Both the position numbers and the translations under genes were made by a program. A stretch of DNA of 64,000 bases from contig JAPDJI010000001.1 of the NCBI GenBank assembly GCA_029259155.1, positions 57,377 through 121,376 on the forward strand, in the 5' to 3' direction. Shown here one piece after another: positions 1-9,896 of the stretch. The DNA is from Candidatus Methanomethylicia archaeon (GTDB lineage: Archaea; Thermoproteota; Methanomethylicia; Nezhaarchaeales; B40-G2). The notes beneath the pieces are model-generated. The model saw only the letters and a program-made list of their open reading frames with translations, searched no databases and was not told the DNA's origin. Positions within the stretch are counted from its first letter, which is position 1. The number at the start of each line of letters is the position of its first letter.

Positions 1-293
1 CCTATGGGTACCTGGAACCTATGCGTTACCACCACTCTATAGGGTTTATCGGCTAGTTTAAGCAGCTCCTCTACGGTCCTCTTAGTCACCTTGAAGTCTA
101 CGACCTTTGAGCCTAGCTTAACCACCACTATGTTCCTATGGCTTCGACGAACCTCTACCTCCGTAAGCACGCCTAGGTTAATGGAGACCCCTGCCCCCCT
201 AGACCCTATTAAAAGGGGGTTGGAGCTTGTATCGCATATCTCGAAGAAGCCGGTTATGTGAGCTGGGCTAAAGGCATATGCCTTAGCCGTGAT
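1..293 (-). CDS. Pantoate kinase (GHMP family), runs off the window start; start codon uncertain
   Basis: Manual translation AYAFSPAHITGFFEICD...LLIGSRGAGVSI matches the archaeal pantoate kinase N-terminus; directly downstream of coaBC; not in the ORF track. Confidence 0.8.
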   Translation of the reverse strand, partial: MTAKAYAFSPAHITGFFEICDTSSNPLLIGSRGAGVSINLGVLTEVEVRRSHRNIVVVKLGSKVVDFKVTKRTVEELLKLADKPYRVVVTHRFQVPI

Positions 294-296
294 CTT

Positions 297-1550
297 TCAC
301 CCCTTAAGCCTCATCCGCTCAGCAGCTATGTCTAATATCGCCTTAGCCACCTCCCTCTTCGAGGAGAGTGGCACGTGAACTATGCGACATTCCCTATCTA
401 TGATGAATACTTCGTTAGTATCATGTCTGAACCCGCAACCCTTCCTGCTTAGGTCGTTAGCCACTATGAGGTCCATGTCGGCCTCCTCGAGCCTCTCGTA
501 AGCCTTCTTGACCAGCTCTTCGTCTGAAACTCCATACTCTGCCTTAAACCCTATGAAGAAGGCTTTAGGAGCTAGCTTCCTGATGCTCATAGATATCTTA
601 GGCCTAGGCTCAAGCTTAACTTCCAGAGTGGACGTGCCTGAAGGAATCTTATATGGGTAAGTGTGACTGAACCCATAATCTAGGGGCGCAGCGGCTAGGA
701 TGATGATATCGTAAGAGTTCTTAGAGATCTCCTCATCGACAGCATCATACATCTCCTTAGTGGTTACCACCTCTACTGCCTTGACCCCTGGAGGAGGGTT
801 ATATGTAGAGTTCGTGGGTCCTTTAATTAAGGTAACTTGTCCCCCTCTCCTCCAGGCTTCTTCGACTAGGGCAAACCCCATCTTTCCTGAACTGGGATTA
901 GTTAAGTATCGGACCATATCCAGGGGCTCTAGCGTAGGGCCAGCGGTGACGAGGAACTTAAGTCCTTTAAACTGGTCTCTACGCTCCAAGAGATCTACAA
1001 CCTTCTCCACGACCTCTGTGATGGGAGGTATCTTAGCCTTCCCCTCTTCCCACCTAGGTTCTACCACCTCCACACCCATCTCTTTAAGTAGAGCTAAGCT
1101 ACGTTGAAACGCAGGGTTCTTGTAGAGAGAAGCGTGCATGGATGGAACGAGAACCACAGGTATACGTGAACCGAGGGCTGAAGCTACCACTGCTGTCACA
1201 GCGGTGTCACAGATGCCATGAGCTGCTTTACTGACCGTGTTAGCTGTAGCTGGAGCCACTAGGACTAGGTCGACCTTTCCCTCTCCTTCCCCAGCCAAGG
1301 CTATATGTTCAATGTTTCCCGTGAGCCTAGTAACCACGGGGTTACCAGTAGCCCACTCCATGAACTTGGGATGTATGAGCCTGCTTGCAGCTTTGCTCAT
1401 AATGACGTAGACTTCTGCTCCAAGCCTCATTAACTCCCTAGCCAGCTCAGGACACTTATAGGCCGCAGCACTACCAGTAATACATAGAGCTATCTTTCGC
1501 CCTTTAAGGGTCTGTCCTTTAGTCCCTATGATATCCTTAGATGGGTGCAG
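297..1550 (-). CDS. coaBC: Bifunctional phosphopantothenoylcysteine decarboxylase/synthetase
   Basis: APATAN, PSMH, VTAGPT, NPSSGKMG and GFKAE motifs. The frame stays open upstream of the track ATG (1430) through HPSKDI...CITGSAAAYK to a CTG at 1550, preceded by an in-frame TAA. Confidence 0.92.
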   Translation of the reverse strand: MHPSKDIIGTKGQTLKGRKIALCITGSAAAYKCPELARELMRLGAEVYVIMSKAASRLIHPKFMEWATGNPVVTRLTGNIEHIALAGEGEGKVDLVLVAPATANTVSKAAHGICDTAVTAVVASALGSRIPVVLVPSMHASLYKNPAFQRSLALLKEMGVEVVEPRWEEGKAKIPPITEVVEKVVDLLERRDQFKGLKFLVTAGPTLEPLDMVRYLTNPSSGKMGFALVEEAWRRGGQVTLIKGPTNSTYNPPPGVKAVEVVTTKEMYDAVDEEISKNSYDIIILAAAPLDYGFSHTYPYKIPSGTSTLEVKLEPRPKISMSIRKLAPKAFFIGFKAEYGVSDEELVKKAYERLEEADMDLIVANDLSRKGCGFRHDTNEVFIIDRECRIVHVPLSSKREVAKAILDIAAERMRLKG

Positions 1551-1933
1551 CGTTTAACACCGAGCCGCCGGGGCTCGTGCATAGTACGTTTGTATAGTGA
1601 AAAAACTTATGTAAGTAGGTTACCTACGATGTAGAAACCTATTATAACCTACGTAATCTTAGTAGATAAAAAGAAAACTAGACTAGTTCTAAGTTTTTTG
1701 ATCGGCATAGAACCTTAAATGCTACAAGTATAGTTTTTATAACTTTATAGTTGTTAATTAATCTCCATTTGGATCCCTTTTCTCCATTATAGATTAAGGA
1801 ATTGCTGCCGATAAACTATACTTACATTGCCTTGGCTGACAAAGCTCTTTGTAAGATGTAGACTATATCTTAGAATTTGAGTGTAAAAAGCTAATGGTGA
1901 TGTGTTATTACGCCGTCTTTGTCCACGAGCCGT

Positions 1934-3337
1934 CTACGTCACTATCTCAGGCAATAAGTTCTTCTTGCACGCTCTCCTAACTTCTAAGGCTATCCTGTCG
2001 CCCACGCTCATTCTGCGCTTATACCTAGCTACAGCGTACTTACCGCCTACACCTAAGTGTACGTTTGCTCCTCCACCGTGGCGTAGAGCAACATCCTGGG
2101 TGTAGGGGACGTGCATATATGTTTCGGCTGCTTCAGGTACATCGTATAGGCCTAGCTTAACTCCCTCATAGACTTTTACCTTAGGTACCTTCGTCCAGGT
2201 GACGATCGTCTGAAGACACCAAGCTCCTATAATGCCTGGCGGCTCATAGAGCTGGGTAGCTTTAAGGAAAGCATTAGCAACTAAGTGGACGTCCTTCAAC
2301 AACGACTCCCTTATCGAGAGGTCTCCATGGAAAGTTACCTCGAAGCTTAAGGGGTAGGGGGTTTTAGTCCAATCTATCTTGAGCTGGACGTCTGCTGGTA
2401 GCCTAATAACTCCGTCATGGGTGGTTTCACGCCTCTCATCTATGGAGAGCAGCTCGTTGGCTAGGTATGATCTAGCCTCCTCAATGGTTATACTGTATAG
2501 CTTGGAGTACCACTGCTCTACGTCACCCCAGCTTTCCTTAGCGTTTATGGGTGAGTAGAAGAAGTTGAAGTTAGCGTGAGGTCCAGGTACGTATTCCTCG
2601 ACACGGGCATATTGTAGGCCTTCTTCATCGAGGTGGCCTGCTTCAACCTCCTTTCTAACTTTTTCTTCTAAGTCGTCTGAGTTAGCGGCGAAGATGAAGC
2701 CTCTCTCGAACTTTCTATGGGCAAACTCAGCCTTCAAGATTAAAGGCTGCTCTATCCTCTCCTCGAACTTTATCCCTGTCTTAACTACCTTGAACTTAAA
2801 CGCTTTAGGATAAGGTATCCCAGCTTTCTCAGCGAACCAGTAGTAATCCTTCTCTATTTCACCGCGGTTCTCTATTTTAAGAAGTCTACGTGAGCCTACA
2901 ATGGGCACGGCGAACTTATCCTCAATAACGCTGCACTTCTCATCTCCACCTACGTATACGCTGAAGGCTCTGTTAGGTATTTGGAGGCACTGCAGTTCAA
3001 GGAGGTCATCCACGTACTTAACCACGTCAGAATAGTGGTCGAAGATAACTATGCAGCTTCTCCATCCTTTCTTTTTCTTAGCGTCAGCTGGATCCTCCAC
3101 CACTATCACATCTCTTCTCACTAGCTCAGGTAGATCTTCAACTTCCTCTTCAGATGAGCCAGCCATAGCGTTCTGTAGGTATATTCTGGCTCTATCCTTC
3201 GTGGTGTATATCAACGCCTTTAGCCCATAGTTCCTAGCTCCCTGCCAAGCATCGAGCGCGCTATGGGACCCTAGGATCAACAATGTTGGTTCTTTAAAGC
3301 GTGAAGCTACTTCCTGCATCTCTCTCCTATTAATCAC
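1934..3337 (-). CDS. PurP-like ATP-grasp protein (DUF1246/DUF1297; AICAR formate ligase family)
   Basis: ILGSHSALD, QIPNRAF, RGF, EEYVPG and NFNFFYSP motifs; near pur genes. Confidence 0.8.
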   Translation of the reverse strand: MINRREMQEVASRFKEPTLLILGSHSALDAWQGARNYGLKALIYTTKDRARIYLQNAMAGSSEEEVEDLPELVRRDVIVVEDPADAKKKKGWRSCIVIFDHYSDVVKYVDDLLELQCLQIPNRAFSVYVGGDEKCSVIEDKFAVPIVGSRRLLKIENRGEIEKDYYWFAEKAGIPYPKAFKFKVVKTGIKFEERIEQPLILKAEFAHRKFERGFIFAANSDDLEEKVRKEVEAGHLDEEGLQYARVEEYVPGPHANFNFFYSPINAKESWGDVEQWYSKLYSITIEEARSYLANELLSIDERRETTHDGVIRLPADVQLKIDWTKTPYPLSFEVTFHGDLSIRESLLKDVHLVANAFLKATQLYEPPGIIGAWCLQTIVTWTKVPKVKVYEGVKLGLYDVPEAAETYMHVPYTQDVALRHGGGANVHLGVGGKYAVARYKRRMSVGDRIALEVRRACKKNLLPEIVT

Positions 3338-3540
3338 AGTCCTATCCCCAAAGTCACTACCATGCTACGCTTTAAAGAGGTTTCGAGGAGGGTGAATTTA
3401 GCTCCTTGGATGGTGCTGTTGAATGTCAGCGAAGCGATAAAAGCTCTTATCCTCACATGTTCCCTGATGTTCTCTACCATTGAGGCAGAGCTTTTTTAAT
3501 TACATATAGGAAAGATGGTTTCCATTAAAGGTGAGGACAC

Positions 3541-3756
3541 ATGAAGTATGAGGTTGAAGTAGAGTTCCACAAGGATTTTATCAAGGTAGATGGAAGTAGA
3601 ATCGTTGTCGGTTTAACCTCCAGGCCTGAAGGAGGTAAGGCCAACCTTGAACTAATTAAGAAGTTTGCTAAATACTTCAAAGTTTCCTCATCTCAAGTCA
3701 GGATACTGTCGGGTTTAAAGTCAAGGAGGAAGATAGTCGAGATAATCGAGAAGTAA
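3541..3756 (+). CDS. DUF167/UPF0235 (YggU-like) protein
   Basis: PEGGKANLELIK...ILSGLKSRRK signature; GGTGAGG RBS. Confidence 0.85.
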   Translation: MKYEVEVEFHKDFIKVDGSRIVVGLTSRPEGGKANLELIKKFAKYFKVSSSQVRILSGLKSRRKIVEIIEK

Positions 3757-3905
3757 AGTTTCCTCTAGCTCCCAGTCCAAAAGTTCAAGTTTCTTTACCT
3801 ACGGGTTTAAAATGAGTAGCTCATTTTAATGTCTATAGCTTGGGTAAGAAAAATTGGTTAACTTTAAAGAGAGCTACGAGTCAAAACTTTGACCGGCGAA
3901 TAAGG

Positions 3906-4163
3906 ATGAAGCTTAAGGCTAGGGTAGAGATCAGGCTTAAACCAGGCTTAACCGATGCGGAAGGCCTAGCTACCCTTGAATCTCTACGGGACCTAGGCTT
4001 CAATGTCCTAGACGTGAAAGTGGGGAAGATCTTCTACATGGTGCTTGAAGCCCCCAACTTGGAGGAAGCGAGGCAGCAAGTGGACGTTATGTGTAAGAGG
4101 CTTCTGGCCAACCCTGAAGTCAAAGATGACTACACTTACACCGTGGAACCTGAGGAAGGTTAA
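3906..4163 (+). CDS. purS: FGAM synthase subunit PurS
   Basis: LKPGLTDAEG...GK...LLANP; likely start is ATG 3906 rather than the track TTG 3840. Confidence 0.9.
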   Translation: MKLKARVEIRLKPGLTDAEGLATLESLRDLGFNVLDVKVGKIFYMVLEAPNLEEARQQVDVMCKRLLANPEVKDDYTYTVEPEEG

Positions 4164-4314
4164 GCTAGATCTGCTATGACCATAACTGGCGGGCGAAAGT
4201 TTAAAGGAGTTCTCTAGGCCTCTCTTCTGCTTTTTATGGTAAAGTCCGGCGAAACCTTCGCTGCTCTCTTAAACCCTAAATCTAAAAAGCTCGAGATACA
4301 TCTGCGGTAATGGT

Positions 4315-6699
4315 ATGCAGGGACAAGGACAAAGCTACACATTGAAGGTTAAAGACGTACCCTTCGACCTTTATCTCATCGACCTCCTCAAGGCAGATGA
4401 TGCGATGTTAATGAAGATCAGCGACGAAATGGGGTTATCGTTAAGCCTAGAGGAAATGAAGGTTATTCAACGACACTATAAAGATCTCAAGCGACTACCA
4501 ACCGACGTGGAGCTCCAGTCTCTGGGACAAGTATGGTCGGAGCATTGTTTTCACAAGACGTTTAAAGGTTATGTGATGGCAGGGCGTACGCGTGTGAAGA
4601 ACATGCTTAGGCGCTTCATAGCTAAGGTCGTAGCGGAGCTTAAGCCTGAGTGGTGCGTGTCGGTCTTTGAGGATAATGCTGGGATCGTGGATTTTGGTGA
4701 TGGTTACGCCGTAGCTATTAAGGTGGAGACTCATAACCATCCTTCAGCTATAGAGCCTTTTGGCGGCGCGGCTACGGGCGTAGGCGGAGTGATTAGGGAT
4801 ATCCTTGGAGTTTGGGGTGATCCGATAGCTAATACGGATGTGCTGTGTTTTGGCCCGCTTGACTACAGTTACGAGAAGCTTCCTCGAGGGGTTAAGCATC
4901 CTCGCTACCTTTATAGGGGTGTTGTGGCTGGGATCGGCAATTACGGCAATAACATGGGCATTCCTACGGTGAACGGAGCAATCGTATTCGATGAGGGGTA
5001 CGTGGGTAACGTCGTAGTTTACTGTGGCTGTGTGGGGATCTTACCTATTGATAGGTACTTGAAGTGGGCTAGAGAGGGTGATTGCTTGGTGCTTGCAGGC
5101 GGTAGGACTGGACGTGATGGGATACATGGTGTAACTTTTGCTTCAGCCGAGCTTACTGAGGAGTCAGAGGAGGTTTCTAGGCCAGCAGTGCAGATACCTA
5201 ATCCTATCGAGGAGGAGAGGCTTAAGAGAGCTATCTTAAGGATTAGGGATGAAGGATTAGCCACTGCTGTGACTGACCTAGGCGGTGGAGGGGTTTCCTG
5301 CGCTGTTAGCGAGACTGCTCACCGTTTCGGGCTTGGAGCTCAAGTATGGCTGGAGAAGATTCCGTTAAAGTATCCAGGACTGGCACCATGGGAGATCTGG
5401 CTGTCAGAATCTCAGGAGCGCATGTTACTGGTCTCGCCGCCTGATAAGGTAGACCGTTGCCTTGAAGCCTTCGAGGACGAAGAGGTTGAAGCCAACATCA
5501 TAGGTAGGCTTACAGGTACCGGAGAGCTCTGCGTAGACTACCTTGGATACCGCGTAGCTACCTTGGACCTAGATTTCTTATTTAAGCCTCCCACTGTCAC
5601 GAGAAGGGCTGAGTGGACTCCACCTGTCTTCGAAGAACCCTTCTTCAAGCCCCCTAAGGACTTAGGCGAGACCTTGCTTAAGCTCCTTTCCTCCCCTAAC
5701 GTTTGTAGTAAGGAGGAGGCTGTTAGGACCTATGACCATGAAGTGAAAGGAGCCACTGCCGTTAAGCCATTCCAAGGGTTGAGGGCTGGTCCCAACGACG
5801 CAGCTGTGTTGAAGCCTATAGTATCTTCTTGGAGAGGGATAGTGGTTTCCTGCGGCATTAAGCCTCGTTACGGTAAGATAGATCCCTACTGGATGGCGGC
5901 TTCGTCCATAGACGAAGCTATTAGGAATAACGTGGCGGTAGGCGGTAGACGAATAGCTTTGCTCGATAACTTTACGTGGGGCAACCCTGAGAAACCCGAT
6001 AGGATGGGCGGCCTCTTAAGGGCTGTGAAGGCGTGCTACAGGCTCGCTAAGGCTTATGGTACGCCTTTCATATCAGGTAAGGATAGCCTATATAATGAAT
6101 CCCCCCTAGGACCTGTTACCCCCACGCTACTCATAACAGCTTTAGGCATAATACCTGACGTTAGGCTCGCCGTCACCTCAGACCTTAAGAGGCCAGGTAA
6201 CCCATTATACCTCGTCGGCTTTACGAAGGCTGAGCTGGGCGGCTCCGAGTACTATTCATTAATGAACATCCTCGGTAGGTCAGTGCCTAAGGTGTACATG
6301 CCTATGGCTAAGAGGCTGGTTGAGGCGATGGTTGAAGCTATCGACCAGCAGCTCGTTAAGGCTTGCCACGACCTCTCTGAAGGTGGTTTAGGCGTAGCGG
6401 CAGCTGAGATGGCTATAGGTGGAGGGTTAGGGATGGAACTATACCTAGCTCAGGTGCCTAGGCCTAAGTCTCTTAGACGCGATGACTTCATCCTATTCTC
6501 AGAATCGAATACCCGTTTCCTCGTGGAGGTTAAGGCAGATGCTGAGGAGGAGTTTGAGAAGGTTATGCGTGGTGTTCCACACGGTAAGGTGGGACAAGTT
6601 CTACGTGAGCCAACGTTAGTGGTTAGAGGCGTAAGTGGAAAGTTACTGATGGAAGTAGAGGTGAGCGAAGCTGAGAAGGCGTGGAAGAGGCGTCTTTAG
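4315..6699 (+). CDS. purL: FGAM synthase subunit PurL
   Basis: WSEHCFHK, ETHNHPSAIEPFGGAATGVGG, DGIHG, SESQERM and ISGKDSLYN motifs. Confidence 0.96.
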   Translation: MQGQGQSYTLKVKDVPFDLYLIDLLKADDAMLMKISDEMGLSLSLEEMKVIQRHYKDLKRLPTDVELQSLGQVWSEHCFHKTFKGYVMAGRTRVKNMLRRFIAKVVAELKPEWCVSVFEDNAGIVDFGDGYAVAIKVETHNHPSAIEPFGGAATGVGGVIRDILGVWGDPIANTDVLCFGPLDYSYEKLPRGVKHPRYLYRGVVAGIGNYGNNMGIPTVNGAIVFDEGYVGNVVVYCGCVGILPIDRYLKWAREGDCLVLAGGRTGRDGIHGVTFASAELTEESEEVSRPAVQIPNPIEEERLKRAILRIRDEGLATAVTDLGGGGVSCAVSETAHRFGLGAQVWLEKIPLKYPGLAPWEIWLSESQERMLLVSPPDKVDRCLEAFEDEEVEANIIGRLTGTGELCVDYLGYRVATLDLDFLFKPPTVTRRAEWTPPVFEEPFFKPPKDLGETLLKLLSSPNVCSKEEAVRTYDHEVKGATAVKPFQGLRAGPNDAAVLKPIVSSWRGIVVSCGIKPRYGKIDPYWMAASSIDEAIRNNVAVGGRRIALLDNFTWGNPEKPDRMGGLLRAVKACYRLAKAYGTPFISGKDSLYNESPLGPVTPTLLITALGIIPDVRLAVTSDLKRPGNPLYLVGFTKAELGGSEYYSLMNILGRSVPKVYMPMAKRLVEAMVEAIDQQLVKACHDLSEGGLGVAAAEMAIGGGLGMELYLAQVPRPKSLRRDDFILFSESNTRFLVEVKADAEEEFEKVMRGVPHGKVGQVLREPTLVVRGVSGKLLMEVEVSEAEKAWKRRL

Positions 6700-7283
6700 G
6701 CTTGGTCGATGATGCAGCGTTTAAGTTAACTGAGCTTATTGCCTCCTGCAAGGCGTGTAGCACTGTGGATAAACCCCTCATTAAGTATGGAGCATACACC
6801 AAGTGGCTCCCTGAACGTGTTAAGGTGTTAGCTATAGGCGAGTCTCCTCCGCCCGGCTGCAAGGAAACAGTTTTCTATAACTTAGGTCTGTTTGACCGCT
6901 TTAGGTTGTCGATGAAACTTGTACTAGGCTTAAACGACGATGAAGGTATATTAAAGCTCTTTAAGTCGAAGGGAGTTTTCGTCACCGGCGCAGTTAAATG
7001 TAGACCTCCTAGCAGGGATTTTCTTGAAGAAATGAGGAAACGCTGTGTCTCTCTTCTCAGGGCGGAGCTGGAGCTTCTTAAGCCAAATAGAGTGGTAGCT
7101 ATGGGTAAAACTGCAGCTGCCTCTATTTCAGAGCTGCTCGGGGTTAAAAGGTCCTTCAAGGTTGATGAGCTGTTTGAGCTTAAACAGGGCAATCTCCACG
7201 TTGTCTTTACTCCGCATCCTAACTATATCTTCAGGTTTAGGAGGGATCTTGCACCTAAGCTTAAAGCTCTACTCACTTCCTAG
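6681..7283 (+). CDS. Uracil-DNA glycosylase superfamily protein
   Basis: CxxC, IGESPP, AVKCRPP, MGKTA and PHP motifs. Confidence 0.75.
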   Translation: MEEASLGLVDDAAFKLTELIASCKACSTVDKPLIKYGAYTKWLPERVKVLAIGESPPPGCKETVFYNLGLFDRFRLSMKLVLGLNDDEGILKLFKSKGVFVTGAVKCRPPSRDFLEEMRKRCVSLLRAELELLKPNRVVAMGKTAAASISELLGVKRSFKVDELFELKQGNLHVVFTPHPNYIFRFRRDLAPKLKALLTS

Positions 7284-8522
7284 GACCTCGCCTTTCATCA
7301 TCTTCTCTAACGTTTTCAGTTTGACTTCCTCCAATACTTCCCTTAAGGGCCTACGCTGCTCAATGGCTATGCGTTTCAGGTCCTCGAACTCAGGCTTCAC
7401 GTTAAGCAGTCTTCCTGAAGGGTCTCTAGATACCTTTACCTTAACCTTCTGTTGTTCGCCGCCGACCTCTACTCTTAACTCAACTTCCTCCCTCTCTGCG
7501 ATCACTCTAGGCTCCTCACGGACCCTGACGCCTAGCGTGCCGGTCTCGTTCATTAAAGTCTCCACCAGGTCTAAGTAACCCTCAGGCTTAGCTAGGACTT
7601 TAACTTGAAAGCTGGGCCTACCTTTCTTTCCTAAAGCTGGGATGACGTATACGTCGAGGGCACCCGTCTTCATAAGCTTCTCCGCTAAGTAACCAACTAC
7701 CTCTCCTGTTACATCGTCTAAGCCTGTTTCAAGCACCATAACCCTATCCATGGAAATAGCGTGAGCGGACCCTTCCACCATCCTTAAGACGTTGGGTATC
7801 CCTCCCAGCTCTTTTACCCCAGCTCCATAGCCGACCTTCTCCACTTTCATTGGTGGATAAAGGTCCACCACTTTTTCTGCTAGGTTGGTTAAGATAGCTA
7901 TCCCTGTAGGGGTCGTCAACTCTTCGTCGATGGAGACCTGTACGAAGGGGTAACGATGTTTTCTAAGGATCTCAAGGGTAGCTGGGGCAGGTCCTCTAAG
8001 CTCTGCATGAGGCAACTTGATGACACCTCCGCCCAACACCGGGGGTGTAGCATAAACCTCAACTTGGCCTAGGAAGCCTGCCTCGTCGAGAAGGATGGCA
8101 GAGCCCACTACGTCTATGAAAGTGTCTGGGGAAGAAAGCTGGTGTAGCTCTACGTCACCCTCCGTACCGTGGACTCGCTGCTCAGCCTCCGCTAGGTCCT
8201 CCATCACTTTAAGGGCATATCTGGAGGCCCGCTCAGAAGCTCTAGCTTCCCTACAAACTTTACGCGTAGTCTCCAACGCTTCAGAAGCCTTCAGAGAATA
8301 ATGCCTAGGCTCTACATCAACCTTAACCAGCTTAGCCCTCAATCCACCTCTCGAGGTCTCCGAAACTTCCACCTTTAACTCTCCGTGAAGGTTTAATGAA
8401 ACCTCCACGGCCTCAACAACCCTATGTAGCGGCTCTGTCTTACCTAATAGGTCTATGAGGGCTGCGAGGAACATGTCTCCAGCCACACCAGCTATTCTCG
8501 CATCTATTACTAATACTCGCAT
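7269..8522 (-). CDS. larC: Nickel pincer cofactor biosynthesis protein LarC family (DUF111)
   Basis: GVAGDMFLAAL, AEQRVHG, PAPATLEIL, ELTTPTG, ETGLDD, ETGTLGVR and KPEFED motifs. Confidence 0.88.
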   Translation of the reverse strand: MRVLVIDARIAGVAGDMFLAALIDLLGKTEPLHRVVEAVEVSLNLHGELKVEVSETSRGGLRAKLVKVDVEPRHYSLKASEALETTRKVCREARASERASRYALKVMEDLAEAEQRVHGTEGDVELHQLSSPDTFIDVVGSAILLDEAGFLGQVEVYATPPVLGGGVIKLPHAELRGPAPATLEILRKHRYPFVQVSIDEELTTPTGIAILTNLAEKVVDLYPPMKVEKVGYGAGVKELGGIPNVLRMVEGSAHAISMDRVMVLETGLDDVTGEVVGYLAEKLMKTGALDVYVIPALGKKGRPSFQVKVLAKPEGYLDLVETLMNETGTLGVRVREEPRVIAEREEVELRVEVGGEQQKVKVKVSRDPSGRLLNVKPEFEDLKRIAIEQRRPLREVLEEVKLKTLEKMMKGEVLGSE

Positions 8523-8580
8523 CTACCTCGCCTCAAATCACTAATCAACCTTAAAGCTAATTAACGCTGCTTACCCTTTC

Positions 8581-9411
8581 TTGGCTGGCGGAGCAGACTT
8601 GAAGAAGGTTAAGACCTGTGTTCTTAGGGTTGGAGGTACTAACTGCGACTGGGAGACGAAGGTGGCTTTTGAGGAGGCTGGTGCCGAGGCTGAAGTGTTA
8701 CATATGAAGAAGATCTTAGAGAAGGGGATCGACAGCTATCATATACTAGTTATACCTGGAGGTTTCTCCTACGGAGACTATGTTAGAGCGGGTGCTATAT
8801 GGGCGAAGAAACTTGCCTCTAAGCTGGGAGATCGCTTAACCAAGTTCGTAGAGGAAGGTCGCTTAGTACTAGGTATATGTAACGGTTTTCAGGTGTTGGT
8901 GGAGTCAGGTTTTCTCCCTGGATTTGAAGGGACAAGCGAGGTGCCTCAAGCCTCGTTAACAGTTAACGCATCGGCTAAATTTGAGTGTCGCTGGGTGCAT
9001 CTTAAACATGTCAACAATGGCCGATGCGTATTCACCAAGCTTATCCCTAAGGAGGCGGTCTTGAGAATGCCTGTGGCTCATGCGGAGGGTCGTTTCATCC
9101 TGTCCAAAGATAAGGAGGAGGAGTACCTTGCAAAACTTTATGGAGGGGATCAGGTGGTCTTCAGGTACTGCGATGAGAATGGTAAACCCGCTGAAGGTAG
9201 ATATCCCTATAACCCTAATGGAAGCCTCCACGATATCGCCGGTATCTGTAACCCTCAAGGAAACGTGTTTGGCTTGATGCCACATCCTGAGAGGGCCTAC
9301 TTCGGCTGGCAGCTACCTGACTGGACACGTTTCGACGAGCCACCTACTTATGGTGACGGCATGCTTATCTTTAAGGCCGCTGTTGAGTATGCTCAAAGAA
9401 ACCTTGCTTAA
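8581..9411 (+). CDS. purQ: FGAM synthase glutaminase subunit PurQ
   Basis: GTNCD, PGGFSYGD, GICNGFQ, AHAEG, NPNGS and MPHPER motifs. Confidence 0.95.
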   Translation: MAGGADLKKVKTCVLRVGGTNCDWETKVAFEEAGAEAEVLHMKKILEKGIDSYHILVIPGGFSYGDYVRAGAIWAKKLASKLGDRLTKFVEEGRLVLGICNGFQVLVESGFLPGFEGTSEVPQASLTVNASAKFECRWVHLKHVNNGRCVFTKLIPKEAVLRMPVAHAEGRFILSKDKEEEYLAKLYGGDQVVFRYCDENGKPAEGRYPYNPNGSLHDIAGICNPQGNVFGLMPHPERAYFGWQLPDWTRFDEPPTYGDGMLIFKAAVEYAQRNLA

Positions 9412-9505
9412 CTGATCGTAGCCCTAGGTCCTTTAAATACAGTCTTCGCTCAACCAGAGACGCTTCCGTGAAAGCTTATAAGCTACGTAGGCAAAAGCAA
9501 GGTAC

Positions 9506-9787
9506 ATGCCTTCAGCCTGTGGGATTGCATGTGAGGTTTGTGGTGGTCGTGCTAAAGGTACTTGTCCTATAGGAGGTTGCGTACCTGGTACTCAAGCTGC
9601 TGATAAACTAGAAGCTCAAAGAAAGATACTGGGCTTCACGTGCCCTATCCTTGAATGCGCCCTTAAACATGGCGTAGATCATTGTTCGAGAGACTGCCCA
9701 GATTTTCCTTGCGAGAAGTATTATCAGATGGAGATACCTTATAGCAAGAAGTTCTTGGACATCTTAAAGAAGGTGCTTAAGCATTAG
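9506..9787 (+). CDS. Small Cys-rich metal-binding protein (DUF3795-like)
   Basis: ACGIACEVC...CPILECA...HCSRDCPDFPCE pattern. Confidence 0.7.
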   Translation: MPSACGIACEVCGGRAKGTCPIGGCVPGTQAADKLEAQRKILGFTCPILECALKHGVDHCSRDCPDFPCEKYYQMEIPYSKKFLDILKKVLKH

Positions 9788-9847
9788 AGAAGAGCTAAGG
9801 CTTTCAGTAAACCTGATACTATGAGGATGGCTCTGTAAGCCCTTTAA

Positions 9848-9865
9848 ATGGGCTTTAAAGCCCAT
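9848..9865. repeat. 18-bp perfect palindrome ATGGGCTTTAAAGCCCAT between convergent genes
   Basis: Read directly; overlaps a second inverted repeat AGCCC-TTTAAAT-GGGCT (9838-9854). Confidence 0.6.
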
Positions 9866-9896
9866 GTCCTTTACTCTAATCTCTTTCCTTGACGTT

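Noticed and set aside
1560-1900. AT-rich 370-bp intergenic region as a replication origin or ncRNA
   Set aside because: No ORB-like boxes, no adjacent cdc6/orc1 and no convincing structure beyond a short GC hairpin at 1561-1577
6681-8522. UDG and larC between purL and purQ as a mobile insertion
   Set aside because: Same composition as flanks, no repeats or mobility genes; ordinary gene shuffling
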